Assembly (NCBI GenBank): GCA_022711395.1
Contig: JAKLFA010000005.1
Coordinates: forward strand, 44,410-108,409
Direction of reading: 5' to 3'
Source: Candidatus Omnitrophota bacterium
GTDB taxonomy: Bacteria; Omnitrophota; Gorgyraeia; Zapsychrales; JANLHA01
DNA length: 64,000 nt
Every line of letters starts with the position of its first letter. Position 1 is the first letter of the stretch. Positions 15,001 through 30,000 of the stretch are shown here, piece after piece. Both the position numbers and the translations under genes were made by a program. The notes under the pieces are model-generated. The model was not told the DNA's origin and searched no databases. It was given only the letters and a program-made list of their open reading frames with translations.

Positions 15001-18000
15001 AGGGCAAAGCGCATTGAGGTGGGCGCATCTTTTGGGGCTTAAACTGAAGGCTGAAAAACATTTCAATCATACTCCGGTCGCTATTGAAGCGGAGGTGGCG
15101 TTTGAGACGACCCTTTCAAAAAATACAGGCCGGCGCGCTCAAGTGAAGTTGATCCAGGAGCCGAGATTGATGCTGCTGGTCCCCGCGGCTTTCGCCCCGC
15201 GTGAGATCGTTATGCAGATTCTGCACAGAGAAAGCGTTTCTCTGAGGACCAAGCAGATCCTTCAGCTCGCCGTCGGGCGCGGGGTAAACACGTTGGAGGA
15301 TATCCGCAGGGCGTTTCAGGGCAGCGGGGTCATTTGTGACGGTATCGTGCAGGATGAACGGGCGCGCAGGATCTATATGTTCAATGTCCCACGAAAGATC
15401 GGGATCGTAAAGAGCCTGGACGCGACCGTTGAAGACGTCTGGGACGCTTTGCGTCAGGCCGAGCGGATCAACAATCAGCTTCAAAAAGATTGTGTCGAAA
15501 AAGTCCATGGCCGAATCGCCGCTGACTTGGTCATGCAGTCTCTGGGGCTGTGGCGCCTGAAGGACCGAAAGGATCGATGCCTTTATAAGATCCTGAACCG
15601 ACTCTTCCGGTTGAGAGATCCGCAATACGGTTTGGCGCAGGCCAGAGAAGAGGTTGAGAGGGTCCATTCAGGCATGAACGGCACCATCGAAGATGCTTTA
15701 AGATGGGTTTCGGCTCCGACGTATTTCTTGAGCCTTTCTGATGGTGAACGCAAGTGCCTCGAGCCGGACATTAAAACGCAGGCACGGAAATTTGGCCCGA
15801 AGATCGCGGAACATGAAGAGTTCCAGCTTAAATTAAGGGAGCGGATCGCGCGGCGATTGAAAACGCAGGGCAGCGTCAGCTCACAGGAGATCTTTGATCA
15901 ATGCGCGCATTGTTGGATCACAGAGGTTTCAGGCAAGTTCGTGCCGCAGATCGACCATATGGAGTCACGCTGGGAGAGATTTGAATTTTTAAGGGCCGCG
16001 CTCGCGCAATGGTATCCGATGCTGGAAGAACCCCTGATGTCTTTACGGGATCTGCTTACGGATGGCGTCCTGTCTTTGACCGCGCGCCAGCGGATCGGTT
16101 CGATGGGCCTTTCGGTCTCAGAGCAGAAGCTGTTCATGACGGTATTTTTGGACAAGTTCGGCTTTATTTTACCCGCCGGCAAGGCGCCTTCGGAGACCAA
16201 TTCTTCCGTGCTGTTGGAGCGAAGGCTTAAAAATGCGATCAAGCCGTTCTTTGACATGGGATATTTTGTGGAGCCCTGTGAAGCGTCAAGTTATCAAATG
16301 TTTTTACGGGTTTTTCATCCTTACCCACGGCCGGTGGAAGAGGGCTTCTTCAGGGAAGAAGCGTCCCATGCTTTATGGATCCAGCCCCGCGACGGGCATT
16401 TTGAGATCTGCTGGGTCTATCCCGGCCTTCCGTTTGGAAAAGGGCTCGGCAGGGCGTTTACCGCGGCGGCGCTTTTGCTGCAGAAAGATTTTTGGAGAGG
16501 CCAGCGAAAATTCGTGATCCAGGACACGAACATTAAACTGTGCCGCAGCTTCAGCAAGCTTCCGGGATTCAGGATCTTTTATTGGGCGAACACATTCTGG
16601 TTTGTCGCGGCCTTCTTATGGCTGATCGGACGCAGGGATCTGTTGAAATACAACGTCACCGGGCATGTTCCAAAGGTTTCGGAGGAATTCAAGTCCTGGC
16701 TTTATGAACGTAATCAGAAAAACAGGTCGGCCTCTAGAGAAACGCGCTCCACCAACGCCGCCGTGTTGTCCGTTCGTAAGGGATCGCAGGCGGACTTCGA
16801 TGAGCTAAGTCGGCAGGGGCGGGTGTTCGGGGAATCCTTGAAGGCGCATGGCCGGACGCTTCGAAACGACCATGGGAAAAGCGTCTCATCTGCTGAAAAT
16901 TTTGACCTGACGCGGTCATTTATCATTGATGCCGACGGATACACGATGTATAACTTTGCCGGAAAGGCTTCCGGAAGCCTGCACGTCGCGCTGTGGCAGC
17001 GGCAGGGAGAGATCGTCTCTTATGGGTGGTACGCGTTTCCTGAGCGGGCGACCGCGATGTTCAGTTTCCATGTTTTTCCTGCATACCGTGGGCAGGGCGT
17101 GGCGAGAGAAGCGCTCATGGATATTCTCAGCGTGACCGCGGATTTTGAAGGGCGTGATGTTAAACGCTGGGCGCATCGCGCGGTCATGAGCCTGAAGGGA
17201 AGTGTCCAGCACGACGCGCGCCGGAACCTCTTGCCGTTTTTGCTCAAAAAGGGATTCCGTCCGCTGGAAAATGTGGCCAGCGAACGGGACATTCAGGGGA
17301 TCATCAAAGGTGAGATCATTGATCTTAAGGTCATGTCCGCGGTCCTTTATCAGCATCTTGTTCTGGAACGACAACAGCTGCCATGTGTCCTGAAACAGGT
17401 CAGGGCCAAGACCAATGCTTCCGTTCTTGCGAAAAATGAGTTCGCGGATGAGTGGGGCCATCAAGCGAAATTGATTTTAGGCAGGGTGGGTGACGAGTCT
17501 TATTTCTGGAAGCGAACGATCGACGCGTTTATTGCGTGGCTGAAGGTCGTGCTGCGCGTGACGGACCGCAGCGACAGGGCGGTCGTTCAAGAGCGGGAAC
17601 GGGCTGAAGAGGTTCGCACTGTTGTTCCGTCTGAGGCCGCACGCCCGGCTCGCGTCGGGTCCGTGGTCCATGTTTCCAGTTCGCATGAGCAGGACCCCAA
17701 CCTTCCTGTTTGGAGAAAATATTTTGAAGGAAAACTTTCCGTGGCCGGGGCGGACCTCATGGGAAAGACCGCGGAAAATTATGCTGAAGAATTCGCCGCG
17801 CGGATGAATGACGCGCAGGATGGGGCATGGCAGTCGTTTCGCGCTTCACTTGAAAAAAATCCTGGCGTGTATGATCCGGCCTGGTCAAAGGTCCTGGCCA
17901 AGGCGCGCGCTTTACAGGCTGAAACCCGGAATGACCCTGAAGAACCGGTTAAGGTCAAGATGTCCTTGGATACGGCATCGATCATTTTTGAAACAGCTGG

Positions 18001-21000
18001 AACACAGGCACCGTTGCTTCCGTTGAAACCACAACCTGAACCGGTGAACCATTCACCGGCGGTGCCTGTGATTCCGGCCTCTGCTTTTGCGGCTCTTTTG
18101 GCCGTGAGACCTAAAGTGAAGGACGGCGGATCAAGAGGGCGGCCATACAGTCTTGCCGCGTTCGCCGAAAGCCTGCAGGGACTTTGGAAAAAGGCCCGGC
18201 GCGTTATTATTTCTTATGGGGACCTGTTCGGTAAGCGTTATGTGCGCGAGATCGCGTTGCGGTCTTCGTCACGGAATTTCGCGTCAACGGGCCTCAGCGA
18301 TCCTTCGGCAGGCCCTGCCGGCAGGACTAACGCTTCGGTCTTGAAGGATCCGGAAAAGCATGAAAAGCGCGGCAGCTTCAGAAACAAGAGAAGGTTCATT
18401 TCTGCCGTATTGGCTGTCTTGGGGGTTGCGTCTGTTTTGTTTATCGAGCAGACAGCTTTGGCGGGCCCGGAAAGTCTGGCCCCGGGTTCGATCTTAGGAA
18501 AAGTTCTTGAGGGTTGGAAGCAGTTCCACGGAACAGATGTGGCGGTTTCGATCCTGATCACCGTGCTGGTCTGGGCGTTTTATCGGAGCGTGATCGCCTT
18601 CCGGTCCATGCGGGCCCGATTGGGAGAACCGGCATTATTTTCCGGTTGGCCCGGGGTCGCGCGCGTGATCATCGCGAAATTTATAAAGAGGATCGCCTAT
18701 CCGTATAGCAAGAGCGCGAAATGCGCTTCGGCGGCGACGTTCCGCTCGTTCGCGCGGAGTTCTCGCCGGAAAGAGGTCCGTGAGGCCCTGATGCGCGCTT
18801 CGGCCCTGCTGCGTGAGTCGCAACGGTCCCTTCTGGTCAAGCATAATCAGATGCGGAACGGCGTGTTCTTATTATTCCCGGGCCATATTCCGGCGGCGGT
18901 GCGCGTCAAGGGTGAGATCGTCTGGTCGCCATGGTGCCCGAGCAAGGAGGCCCTGGCCGCGCATTTGACGGGCGCCATGGGCATCAGCCAGGAAGAGGCG
19001 CAGCTGACTGTCGATCTGGTCGAGATCTGCCTTTCCAAGGATGAGGATGTTTGGCCTCATTGGCAGGCTGCCCGCAGGTATTTTAAATCCATCCGTTCCA
19101 AGGTCCAGCAGGAGACCTGGAGGCTGATCGGGCGCTCTTCAGAACGGCAACTGAAATCCTATCGCAAATTCGTCGAGGACTTTGTTCTATTGAGGCTTGA
19201 ACCGGCCGGAGGAGAACAATCCCCCTTATTATTTTCCAGGTTCCGCGAGCGGCTGGTCCAGTTCTTTGGTGAACGGCCTGAAACGGCATATATCGCTGGC
19301 TTCGACGGAGAACTGATCGAGTGGCTTTACTCCGTATACGATGGCGAGGACGATGAAACCGCGTTCGTCCAGGAGGTGGTTCGTCTGATGGATGTCGCTA
19401 ATAATGTGCGCCACGCGATGTCCAACCATGTCGAAGAGGCGCTCAGAAATGCCGGGATCGGGGCATTGAAGCCGACAGCGGTCGTGTTCGCCTTTGATCC
19501 GCACAGCGGGACCGCCGCGGACATCCTTAACGGAAAGCTCAGGGTCAATTTTTCTCAATACACATCCAGCACGGCCAAGTTGGAAGAATTATTGGAAACC
19601 CTTCTGTATGATATTTATTTTCATATCATTTACGCGGATCAGATGCGCTCCAATGAGTTCTGTTATCAGGCTTCGCGATCTGAAGAAGGCGGAGTGGTCA
19701 GGGGAAGCTATTTGAGGGGAGAGACGTATCCGGTCTCCAGTTTGGAGCCGGGTGACCGTATTCGTCTGCATGAACGCTTGGCCAAATTGACCGCGGAAAA
19801 GATCGCCGCTCAACTGGTGTTTGGGAAGGATTCCCAGATCGCCGGTTTGAAACGGCGCTTTGCGGCGACGTGTGCCAAATTCAAGTCGGGAGCGTCAGTC
19901 GCGGAATTGGCGCTCGAGGTCGCTTCCCGACGGGCGGTCCTTCATGTTGAGGGCCATGCCGGGACCTTGACAGAATCAGCCCGGCAGCTGACGGAGCTTT
20001 TGCAGGCCGCATTGCCGGCAGACCCGAAGGAACAGCAGCGCGCCGTGAATTATATCGAGGCTCAGGCTCAGGCCATGGCGGTCTTTTTTGAAAAGATCGA
20101 GTTGATCTCTGATTTCCGCGTCAGGCTGATGTCTTCGGCCGCTTTCTTTGGAGAAGGGGCGCATGACCGCCACGGCATAGCCGAGGTCAGCATGAACGGG
20201 GTCGGGATCGTTCCCGTCAATCGGCTTTCCTTCGGATGCATTTCAGAGCTAAAGGCCCGTGTCGCGGCCGCGTTGACCGGATTCCGGTACCGTAAAATGG
20301 TCAATGACCAGCAGGCGGTGGTCCATGGTCAGGCCAATTTGTTGTTGACCAGCCCGATGGCGCGAGATCTTTTGATCAAGACCTTCCGCTTAAGCGGAAG
20401 CCGTGACCCTGAAAAGCGCGCGGATGATGTCCTGGACGGACAATACGATCTTTCCCGTTTTGAGATGGAATTGAAGGCAATGCTGAGCGCGTCGGGATCC
20501 CGTTATGTCAAGGTCGGATGGGATGAACAGGGGCGAGTGCTTTGTCCGTTGCTTGACCCGGGTCAGATGAAAGACGAGATCCTGAAGACGCGTTCGCGGG
20601 GGCGCGTGATCGTTTTCGCGATCCGTCCGACAGTCGGGGGCCGCGCGGTGTTCTTTAGTTGCCTTCCGGATGACGACGAGAACTTCATCTATTATCATCT
20701 TCGCGGAGCGATAGAGTTTACCGGGGATGGAGAGTGCAAGGGGATCATTCTTCAGGGCGGGGAGCCGCGTGACCCGGACCTTTTTATGAAATATCACGGG
20801 TATTTCGGCCTGTATTCAGAAAAAGACCTGATGGCGATCCTGCGCAATGATATGATCCTGGCCGCCAGGCGGTTTATGAATAGCGGATTGTTCGATCCGC
20901 ATACGGAGGTGGGGATCCTTTATATCGATCAGAACGGAGTTGATCAGTCGGAAAAAGTCCGGCTGGTCGACCTTGCCCGCGACATTCTCTACCGTCAGCA

Positions 21001-24000
21001 CGATGCTCCGCAGCAGAATCACCCGAGCTATGTCCCGCAGACCCGCATCCTTGCTTTGGGAGAGGTCCTGTTCTGGTATAACTATTTTCATATGAAAAGC
21101 AGGTTCGGGTTGCTGCTGAATTCAGAGGAGCGGGAATACCTTCATGCCGTTAGATCGTTCCCTTATTATGAGAACCTCATGCGCCATTTCCCAATGATCG
21201 AAATTTCAGAGGTCGACTCGTTGCCGCTGGTCGACTCTTCTGGGAAAAAGACCGGCGTGAGGGTCGGCGATCTCACGATGCTCCGGTCATGGAAGCCGTT
21301 TTTGACAACGAGGGACGAACAGTCTGATAACACAGCGGTCTGGAAAAGCCAGGCCAGGACGAATGCTTCCGTTTTGGTCTCCGGATTTGACGATATTTTG
21401 AACGTGATGCCGCGAGAAAAGATTTCCGCGCTTGATATCGGGACAGGGGACGGTCAATTCTGCGCGTTATTAGCTCAGATGTATCCCCGGCGGTTCGATC
21501 CTATTTGGGGAATTGATCCATCTGCGCCTCAGCAGACGCTGGCGTTGGAAGGGGCCGTTATTACGCTTAAGAACGTCACATTGGAAGAGTTCAGTCTATG
21601 GAAAAGTTTTGAAGGATTCTTTGATGTGATCTTTATCAACCGTCCGGCGATCGATGTGACGGGGGAATTGATGCGTTCCATCGTTCCTCTTTTAAGATCT
21701 CGGGGCCTGATTATTGTGAATTATTACTGGCACATGGTCTATACGCAGATCTATAACGGGTTTGAGGAAGAAAAAGACGTCGAGAGGTTTCATGATGATT
21801 TTGGCCGAAAGATCCATGAAAGTTTGGATTATTTTTCAGTGAACACCCTCGACGGATATCCGCTGGTAGAGCGTTCGTATTGTTCCGTTCCCGGACTTTT
21901 GGTCGTTTTCCGGAAAACCAGCCACCCCGGTATCTTGGGAAGGCGGTCGGAAAATGCAGTGGCTGGAAATCCAGCGGCACTTTTGAACGGCCGGAGCAAC
22001 GCTTCGGTGCTTAACGGTCATATTCCTCTTCCGCTAACATCAGAATTCATCGAGCGGGCCTCCGTTAAGGTCAGCGTCAGCGGTGACAAGGTATTCGCTG
22101 ATGAGCTGATGAGCCGGCATGTTCCGGCCATGCTCAGCTCCGGATATCTGCCGGAGATCGGAAAACGCAAAATTCCCGAAAGCCTTGATCTGAATGAATT
22201 CCTGATCGCGTCCTTCGAGCGGGTCCGGATCGTTCTTTTCAGAACAGAGCGGTATTTCGAAGATGGAGAAGAGGCCGCAGGCCCTTTATGGACGGAATAT
22301 GTCTTTAGCGTGGTCAGAGACGAGGACCAGGCCGTGATCGGTCACGGGCTATTGCTGCCGGGACATGAGCCGGGGACTGTCCGCTTCCGCTTTTCGATCT
22401 ATGGGGGAGTTCACGCGCTCACTAATGGCGGGAAAAATTACAGGGGCAACGGTTACGCTGCCGAAGTCCTCGTCGCGATCATGAACTTGGGTGTTCGCGG
22501 ACAATTATTCGGTGAGCAGGCGCGAAAGTTCGCGTATTATTTTTCTGATACGGACACCTTCGACCCGCGAAAGACCGCGGCTTTCAATGACATGCAGATG
22601 TTTTTAACGCACGCCGGATTTGATGCGCATCTCAAATTCAGCGTCTCGTCGCCTATGGCCGGAGAAGCCAATTCCGCGGTCCTAAAGACCGGCGTTGATA
22701 GAGCTAATATTTTAAAGGCCATGAATGAGATCAGCCAATTGTATCATTTGGCTCTTTCAGAAGAGCAGCAGGGCATTATGGAGGATCATTTAACGTCCGC
22801 TCATTCTTATTTGAGTGGAGTGGCGGACCAGACAACCGAGGAGGAGCTGAATCTTCTTCATGTGAAGACTTCTGACCGGCGTTCGGCTCAAAGGATCAAA
22901 GAGGAATTAGAAAATGGTCAAGCCCTGGCCGGCGCCTATGTCCATTCGAATGGAAAAAGCATCTGGACTTGGCTCGGCGCTCCTGAACAGGCATGGGAGC
23001 AGGGTCTGCGGTTTTCTATTGCGGTCAAGGGGCGGACATTGGATATGTCGGGTTATGATCGCATTGAGAAGTCCGTGGAAGAGATGATCCGGCACATCGC
23101 ATGGACCGATGAACGCAACATCGAATTGTTTTCCGGTTCTCAACAACAGGGTTATGTGTTTGATGTTCTTATCAGAGTTTTAGGGATCGATCTGCTTCAG
23201 ATGGACCGCAATGTGCTGATGATCAAGAATTCCGCCGCTATCCGGTTCGTCGAGATTTTAAACGATGCAACGCCTGGATCAGAGGTGAATTCCGCGGTCC
23301 TGAGCCGGAGAGGCGAGCTGAAAGGGTTGGTTTCTCAATTTGCCTTTGAAATGCAGCGCCGCGGCCGCGTGATCCGCACCCGAATGGGAAGGATCCTTGA
23401 TATTGAAGAAGACGCCGAGTTCGCGCGCTCCATGATTTTACGCGACGAAGGCTTTGTTACCTGTCTTGTGGCGGACCGCTATGACAGGGGCTCTTCTTTA
23501 ATGGCTTGGGTCTGGCAAGGAAATATCGTCGGATATGGGTCTTATGTCCTTTCAGAGCACCATTCAGCGTGGATCGGTTTCTGTATTTTTGACGAGTACC
23601 GCGGGCAGGGCCTAGGCAGCCGCGCTTATTCAAAGTTGATCAGCATAACACAGAATATCGGCCGAAGACCGGTCGTGCAGTGGAGATACCCGCCGATCGC
23701 CGTGCTGAACAAAAAGTTGTATCCGGCGGCCCGCTGGAATCTTTTGCCGTTTTTATTGAGAAAGGGATTCCGGCCGTGGTTTGCGGATATTTCTGAAGGA
23801 CACATTGATCAAATTTCGGAAGGAAAGGTCATTGGCGCGCGCGTGATCCACCGTTTGATCAATCAACCGCTGGTCCTGACGGACCACGCGAATGCCGCGG
23901 TCTTGGATGCGGGACCGGCAGGCCATGAGCCGTTCGCTTACCGCGTGTGGGTAAGAAATCCGCCGGTCATGGCGGAAGGCCCCTTTGGCAAAGCCGTTTT

Positions 24001-27000
24001 AAAGAGCGCGTTTATGACGGCCGCCAGATGCGCGGAGCTCAACGCGATCATGGAAGAGATTAAAAAGAAAATCCTGGCGGAAGGGTTCTTTGATGAGAAG
24101 GATTTTGATGTTGATGTGCAGATCCTCCGCCGTGCCTACCATAGTGAATCCTTTAAGGTCAGATCTAAAAAGACAACCCTTCATTTGGATGAACGGGTTT
24201 TTGAAAATCCCTTCGCGGTCTATGTCGCGTTAAAGCATGCCGTGACCGACCTGTGGCTTGAGCGGAACACCCAAGAGCTTCTTTCCCGTGATCAGTCGGG
24301 AATGCTGAAGGGTTATGTCACGGTCACGCCTAAAAAGACATCTTTAAACCCCGCTTGGCGGGAGATGTTCACGATCCTCAATGTGAACGTGGCTGAATTT
24401 TTGCGTTTGCTGGAAAAAGAACCGGCCAAGGCGAGGGCGTTCGTTCAGTCGTCGGGCAAAGAAGCTTCCGTCCATGGGCTTTTCTGGCTGTATGTCCTGA
24501 TGCTTTCAAACCGGACACGAAGGTCGCCGCGGCAATGGATCAGTGAGGTGGTGGCCCTTGTCACATATAGTCCGTCCGTTTATCCGGCGATCCGCCGGCG
24601 AGCGCAGGACCTTAAGATCTACGCGGATCCGGAAGCGGCCGGAAAGATCGGTGAAAGCATTGAGCGCGCGGCTTTGGGCGGGAATTTCCAGGCTGATATT
24701 CAGGCGGTTGAAAGAATGGATTCTTTAAGGGAAACGGAGGATCCTCACAAGATCGACGATCTTTTTACAGCGTTCAGCATTCTGACCTGGACAGCGCATT
24801 CGATGGTCTATGACGGAGAAAGATTTGAGCAGCTTCCGCTGCCGTTTTTTAAAGACGTTCCACAAAATCCTCTTCAGCGCAGGTCCTGGTGGAAGCGTTT
24901 CAAGAAATTCACATACGAAGACCCTTCACAAACGTCGTGGGACATCGGGAGATCTTCACGTCCGCGCAAGCCAGGGACAACCAACAGCTCTGTTTTGAAC
25001 AAAGCTCCTGCTTTTTATCAGCCGCTTTCGTCAACGGAGGCCTGTGAAGCCGCGCGGAAGCTTGTCGATGAGATGGGCTATGGTCAGCGCCCGGTCGCCT
25101 TTGATTTTAATTTTTCAGATCAGCGCCATCAGATAGAGCTCTTCTTTGACAGCCTGGAGGCGAATGTCCTGTTAAGATTGGACGGGCTGTTCTTTATCCC
25201 GTTGGATGCTGTTGATGTTGAGAGCTTTTCCCCCAGGTCTCGAGAGATCTTCCGGCGCTACGCGGGCAATATTATCTTTTTCTCTCCGTCGTCCTATGGT
25301 TCGGACAAGACGATCCCGTTAAGCCCGTATGCGCAAATTCCCATTATCGCCATGCTCCATCATATCCGGCATTTCAAAGATTCGATCGTTGTTGATTTTG
25401 GTTCGGGTGACGGTCTGCTTGCCCGGACCGCGCTGCGGCTGGGGGCGAAAGCCGTGGTCTTGATCGAACGGGATGAGGAGCTCGTTGAATTGGCGGAGAC
25501 GATGATGGTCTTTGATAATAGGCCGGACGAGGAATACATTATTCTGAATGAGGACCTGACGGACGCTGATCTTTTGAAAAGGCTGAACGCTCGAAAATGT
25601 TTCTCGCAGGCCTCGGTCGCGTTGATCAATATCGGCCCCTGGCAGGGCGGAAAAACGACCGGCGGAGAGATCGTAAATTACGGGGGAGCCCATTGGTCGG
25701 CGGTAACGGCCGCAAGCGCGATGCCGCGCGTCCGTCTTTTGGTCGACTCGGGTTATAACGGATATGAGCTTCATCACCGCACTGTTTTTGAAAAAGTTTC
25801 AAAACGGCTTGAGCGGCAAGGGTTCCATGTTTATTCACAGGCGCCTGATTATAGGGGATTCCCGTACAAACTTTTGGTCGGAGAAAAAGCCGTGAACAGT
25901 TCTGTTCTGGCGGCTGGAGAACCCGTTTCTAAATATGTTCCATCGGAAACAGAGCAGGCGCGTTCAGGATATGGGCAGCGCGTGAATTCCGCGGTCCTCA
26001 ACAGCGAGCTGGCCGCTGATGTCACGAACAAGGTCCTGACTCCGGAGGTATTTACCAATATCGGTGTTGCGATGTTTTTTGTCGGGGTGGCGGTCTCCAT
26101 GGTTGCCATGATTTTGTTCTGGCTGGTAAGGACACAGCGTTTCCGTATCAACGGCTTCTGGCTTAAGAGCTATACGCCAGAAGAAATGCGCATCCGAAAG
26201 AGCGTGCATGCCCGCATGTTCGATTACAGGATCAACGGCAAGCATTCCCGGAGGATGGCGGCCCAGCGCATGGTCGAGCGTTTTGTGTTTGCGGCCCGCC
26301 GGTCGTTCAGATATCTGGCCCAAACCTACGGCAGGCGTAAGAGCCAGGACCGTTTCGTGAAGTTCCTTACAAAAACACAGCAGGACAGACTGGTCACGTT
26401 CCTGGTCCTTCTTGAAAAGAAAAAGCTGCGCCTGATCGTGGCGCCGCGCTTTGTGGAGGGGGGCAAGGAGTTCCGGCATCTGGACATGCAGCATGGCTTC
26501 GCGCTGGACGGGGTCCTAAAAAACTATGTGTATGGATATTTTGAAGGCATTGACCCTCTGGATTCCAAGGGAAAGATCGTGCTGATGTATTTGGCGGGCG
26601 AAGAAGGATTAGTAAACCTTCAGGAATTGGCGTTTTTGCTTATCACCGGCGGGATCTCAATGATGAAACCCGTGGAAGTGTTCATGGATTCGGGGACGAT
26701 CAAGGAAGTCAAGACTCTGCGCGACCTTTTGCGGGTCGATTATTTTTATATGATGAAAAAACGGCAGGACAAGGCGGACCTTGAGAAAAGGATCGCAGAG
26801 AAGGGGCAAACAGAGAATGCTGACAGCGTGAATTCCGCTGTTTTGAATTCCAACGGCAAGAACGGGAACGCTAACGGCAACGGCCATGAGGAAGAAGGCT
26901 TGAAGGGGATGATCGCCAGCCTTTCCGGAGAGAAGGACTTCAAGCGGATCTATGCCATAGTGAGCAGGCTGGATAAAAAAGTCCTTAAAGAGGCATACAT

Positions 27001-30000
27001 CCGGCGCTTCAATCTGTTTTCGCCGTATTATGCCGATTATTTCAAGGCGCGATGGGAAAACAATCCCGAGGACGCTCTAAAAGACCTGGCCGAGGGAGAA
27101 TGGAGCATTGATCATCAACTGGACAAGGAAGGGTATCTCGATTTTGAACGCTATCATTTTTCCAACCGCGAGCTCTTTGCCGAGCTCCCGTCGAATTTAA
27201 GATCGTTCGGACTAAAAAGCACATTCCATAAAGCCAATTTGAAAGTTAAGGTTGAATGGAGATTCGTTCCGTGGCTGGGCTTCTGGTTGCCGGTGCAGGT
27301 TGCGGGTATCGGCGGAACGTTGAGAAACAACCGCCGGGTGAGCACCTTCATCAAGGATGGGCAGATCGTTTTCATGGCCTATGAGACCGTTCGCGGGCAA
27401 TGGGAAGATATTATTAAGGAATATCAGGCCCAACAATGTTTAAGCATTCTGCCGGAGGACGGGCGGCTGGTCCTTCCATCTGAACGCATGCGGTATAAGC
27501 TGAATTTCGGCAAAAGGGCTGGCGAGATCCTCTGGTTCGACCTGCAACCTGACGGCGGGCTTAAGGATATCCAATTTTTGGGCGATGAAAACCCGCAGGA
27601 GGTGCTTTACGCGTATCAAACAGGGGCTGGGGGTTCCGTGAAAGAAATGCTGGGGGTCGGTTTATCTTTCCGGGGCGCGGCGATGGAGGGTTTTAGAAGA
27701 TCAGGACGGTTCTGGATCGGGGAATATGTGCTGCCAAAGGCTGAAAGGGGGAAGAGCATCGTGCGTTTCCGCATGAGGATCGCTCCTTATGCTGACCTGA
27801 CGGATTCTTTTTATTATTGGTTTCCCGTCGAGTTCGAAGAAGGTCGCGTGAAGGTCGCGTTTGACATGTCCGGCGTCCCGTATTATCTGGAAGCGGCAAG
27901 CAAAGACGGAAAGAGGAGGCAGAAGATCTTTACATCCCGTTTGATGCTGTTTGACGGAGAAAATCCTGACGGAAAGACCATTGATTCGTTCAACATCGGG
28001 ATCTCCCAGCAGCGGCTGGTCAGGTCCATGCGCTGGGCGTTCATGGGTCCTCAACAGACCATGAAGGTCACGCGCCTTTCCCTTCAAGAGCTTGAAGGCC
28101 CGGAGATCATGATCGGGGATTATCTGGTGATCCTGCCGGCTGATTATAAAAATCATGAATACGCGGAAATTTCTTTTGGAGAGCGATCAGCGGATGCCGA
28201 ATATCCTTTCGCTCCTGCTGACCTGTATCTTGGAAAATATGAGTCGGAAGATCCTCATGACCCGGCCAGCCTGGCATTCAAGGCCCAGAAGAAATGCCAA
28301 CTGTCCTTTATGCCTGAAAAGGGCGTTGCCTTTGTGGCCCGGGAACATCATTCTCAAATTATTGCACAACAACCTTTATGCCCCCGTGATCCTGCGGCGC
28401 TTATTTGTCAGTTCTGTGAACGCCCGTTCACGGATGCGACGCTGGCGGGGAGATTGGCGGCGATGCCGATCGGCGAGCGCATTAAGGCTTTAGCTGAAGA
28501 CAGGGGGATGTCTGATCCTGAAATGGCCAGGGCCCTGGAATTTAAGGATGCTTACACATATCGTTTGAACCTGCTGGGCAGCAAAAGCGATGGGCAGTGG
28601 CTGGTCCGTTATATGCTCCCGCTGTCGCTGCTGTTGTCCGTGGATCCTTCCTGGATCATCCTGGGCGTGAGCCATCAACAGGCGGCGTGTCAGTGCTCAT
28701 GGGGCCAATGGTTAAGGTTTCAGCGATTGCGCCAGGGCAAGACTTTGCAAGAGATGGCAGGCCGGATCAAGATGATCGATGCCCGTATCAGGCATGTGAA
28801 AGATGCCAATTTGGCCCAGCTGCTGGTTCAGTTCGAGCTTGAACGCCAGGTCCCGGCGGAGGATATTTATGGTTTTGTGGAACAGGCTTATGGCGCCGAA
28901 GGCCGTCTACCGCCGCCATCCCAGAAGCGCACGTCATTCCATTCGAATGTTGGGGAGGAACTGATCACCAAGATCGAGCGGTTTATTTTCAAAAAAGACC
29001 TCAGAACGGCCAGAGGGGCACGATTAAACCAGGCGGTGTTTCCGTTTGAAGCAGTCCCCGGCGCTATTAAATCATTTGGCCGGGTGCGCCTGCTTATCCC
29101 TGAGGTCCCTGGGACCGAAGAGGTTTATAACTATTTGTTGACGGTCAGGAAATTGCCGTTTTTGCCTTTGGCTCTGGTTGTTTATGCGCAGATCAGTTCG
29201 GATGCGGATGTGTGTATGCATTATCTTCCGGTCGGGGCGTATCTTCCTTCGCCGGAAGGGCCGCAGTTTGTGAAGTTACGCGCGCATTATGTTTTGAAGG
29301 CCCTTCAGGGCAAGCGTGTTCCCGCCCGGTGGGCGAAGGTCAAGCTTCAGATCTATTCCAGGAAAGACACTGTTCTTGGGGTGAATGTGGATGCCAGCAC
29401 GGAAGGGCGCATGCTGTATTTCCCGCGTTCATTCATTGAAGAAAAGGGTTATCACGCCGGGGATTGGGTCCTTCTGAAAGCCATGGTCCTGCCGACCGGT
29501 GAACGGGTCGTGGGGATGTATGGGATCCGTAAAGAGGGCGCCGATGACCGTCAGATGGACCTTTTGATCATTTTCCGCCCTGAGCTGCTGCGGATCGACC
29601 GTAAATATTATATTCCAGTCGACGAGAAAGAGGTCAAGGAGGTCCCGCTCATGCCGTCCTGCTGCGAACAATGGCGGCGGCTTTTGGCTGAAGCCCAGAT
29701 CCTGACGGACGAGGAGCAGGCCGGGCTCTGGCAGCGAAGGTCGGACAAGGACGCTTATCAAAGATTGATCCTCTCGTTCTATCCGGATATCGAGCTTTTT
29801 GTTTCACGGCACGCCTATGGACGCGACAATGACTGGCTGGATAATTTAAGGTCGACCGGGCTTCAGATCGTTGTCACGCAGATCCATCAGTTTGACCGCT
29901 CACGTGGAAGATCGTTGCGCCAATGCATCGGAGAGGCCCTGGAGAAAAATTTAAAGAAAGATACCCGCCAGATCCTGAAGTCCACCGGGCATATCCATTT

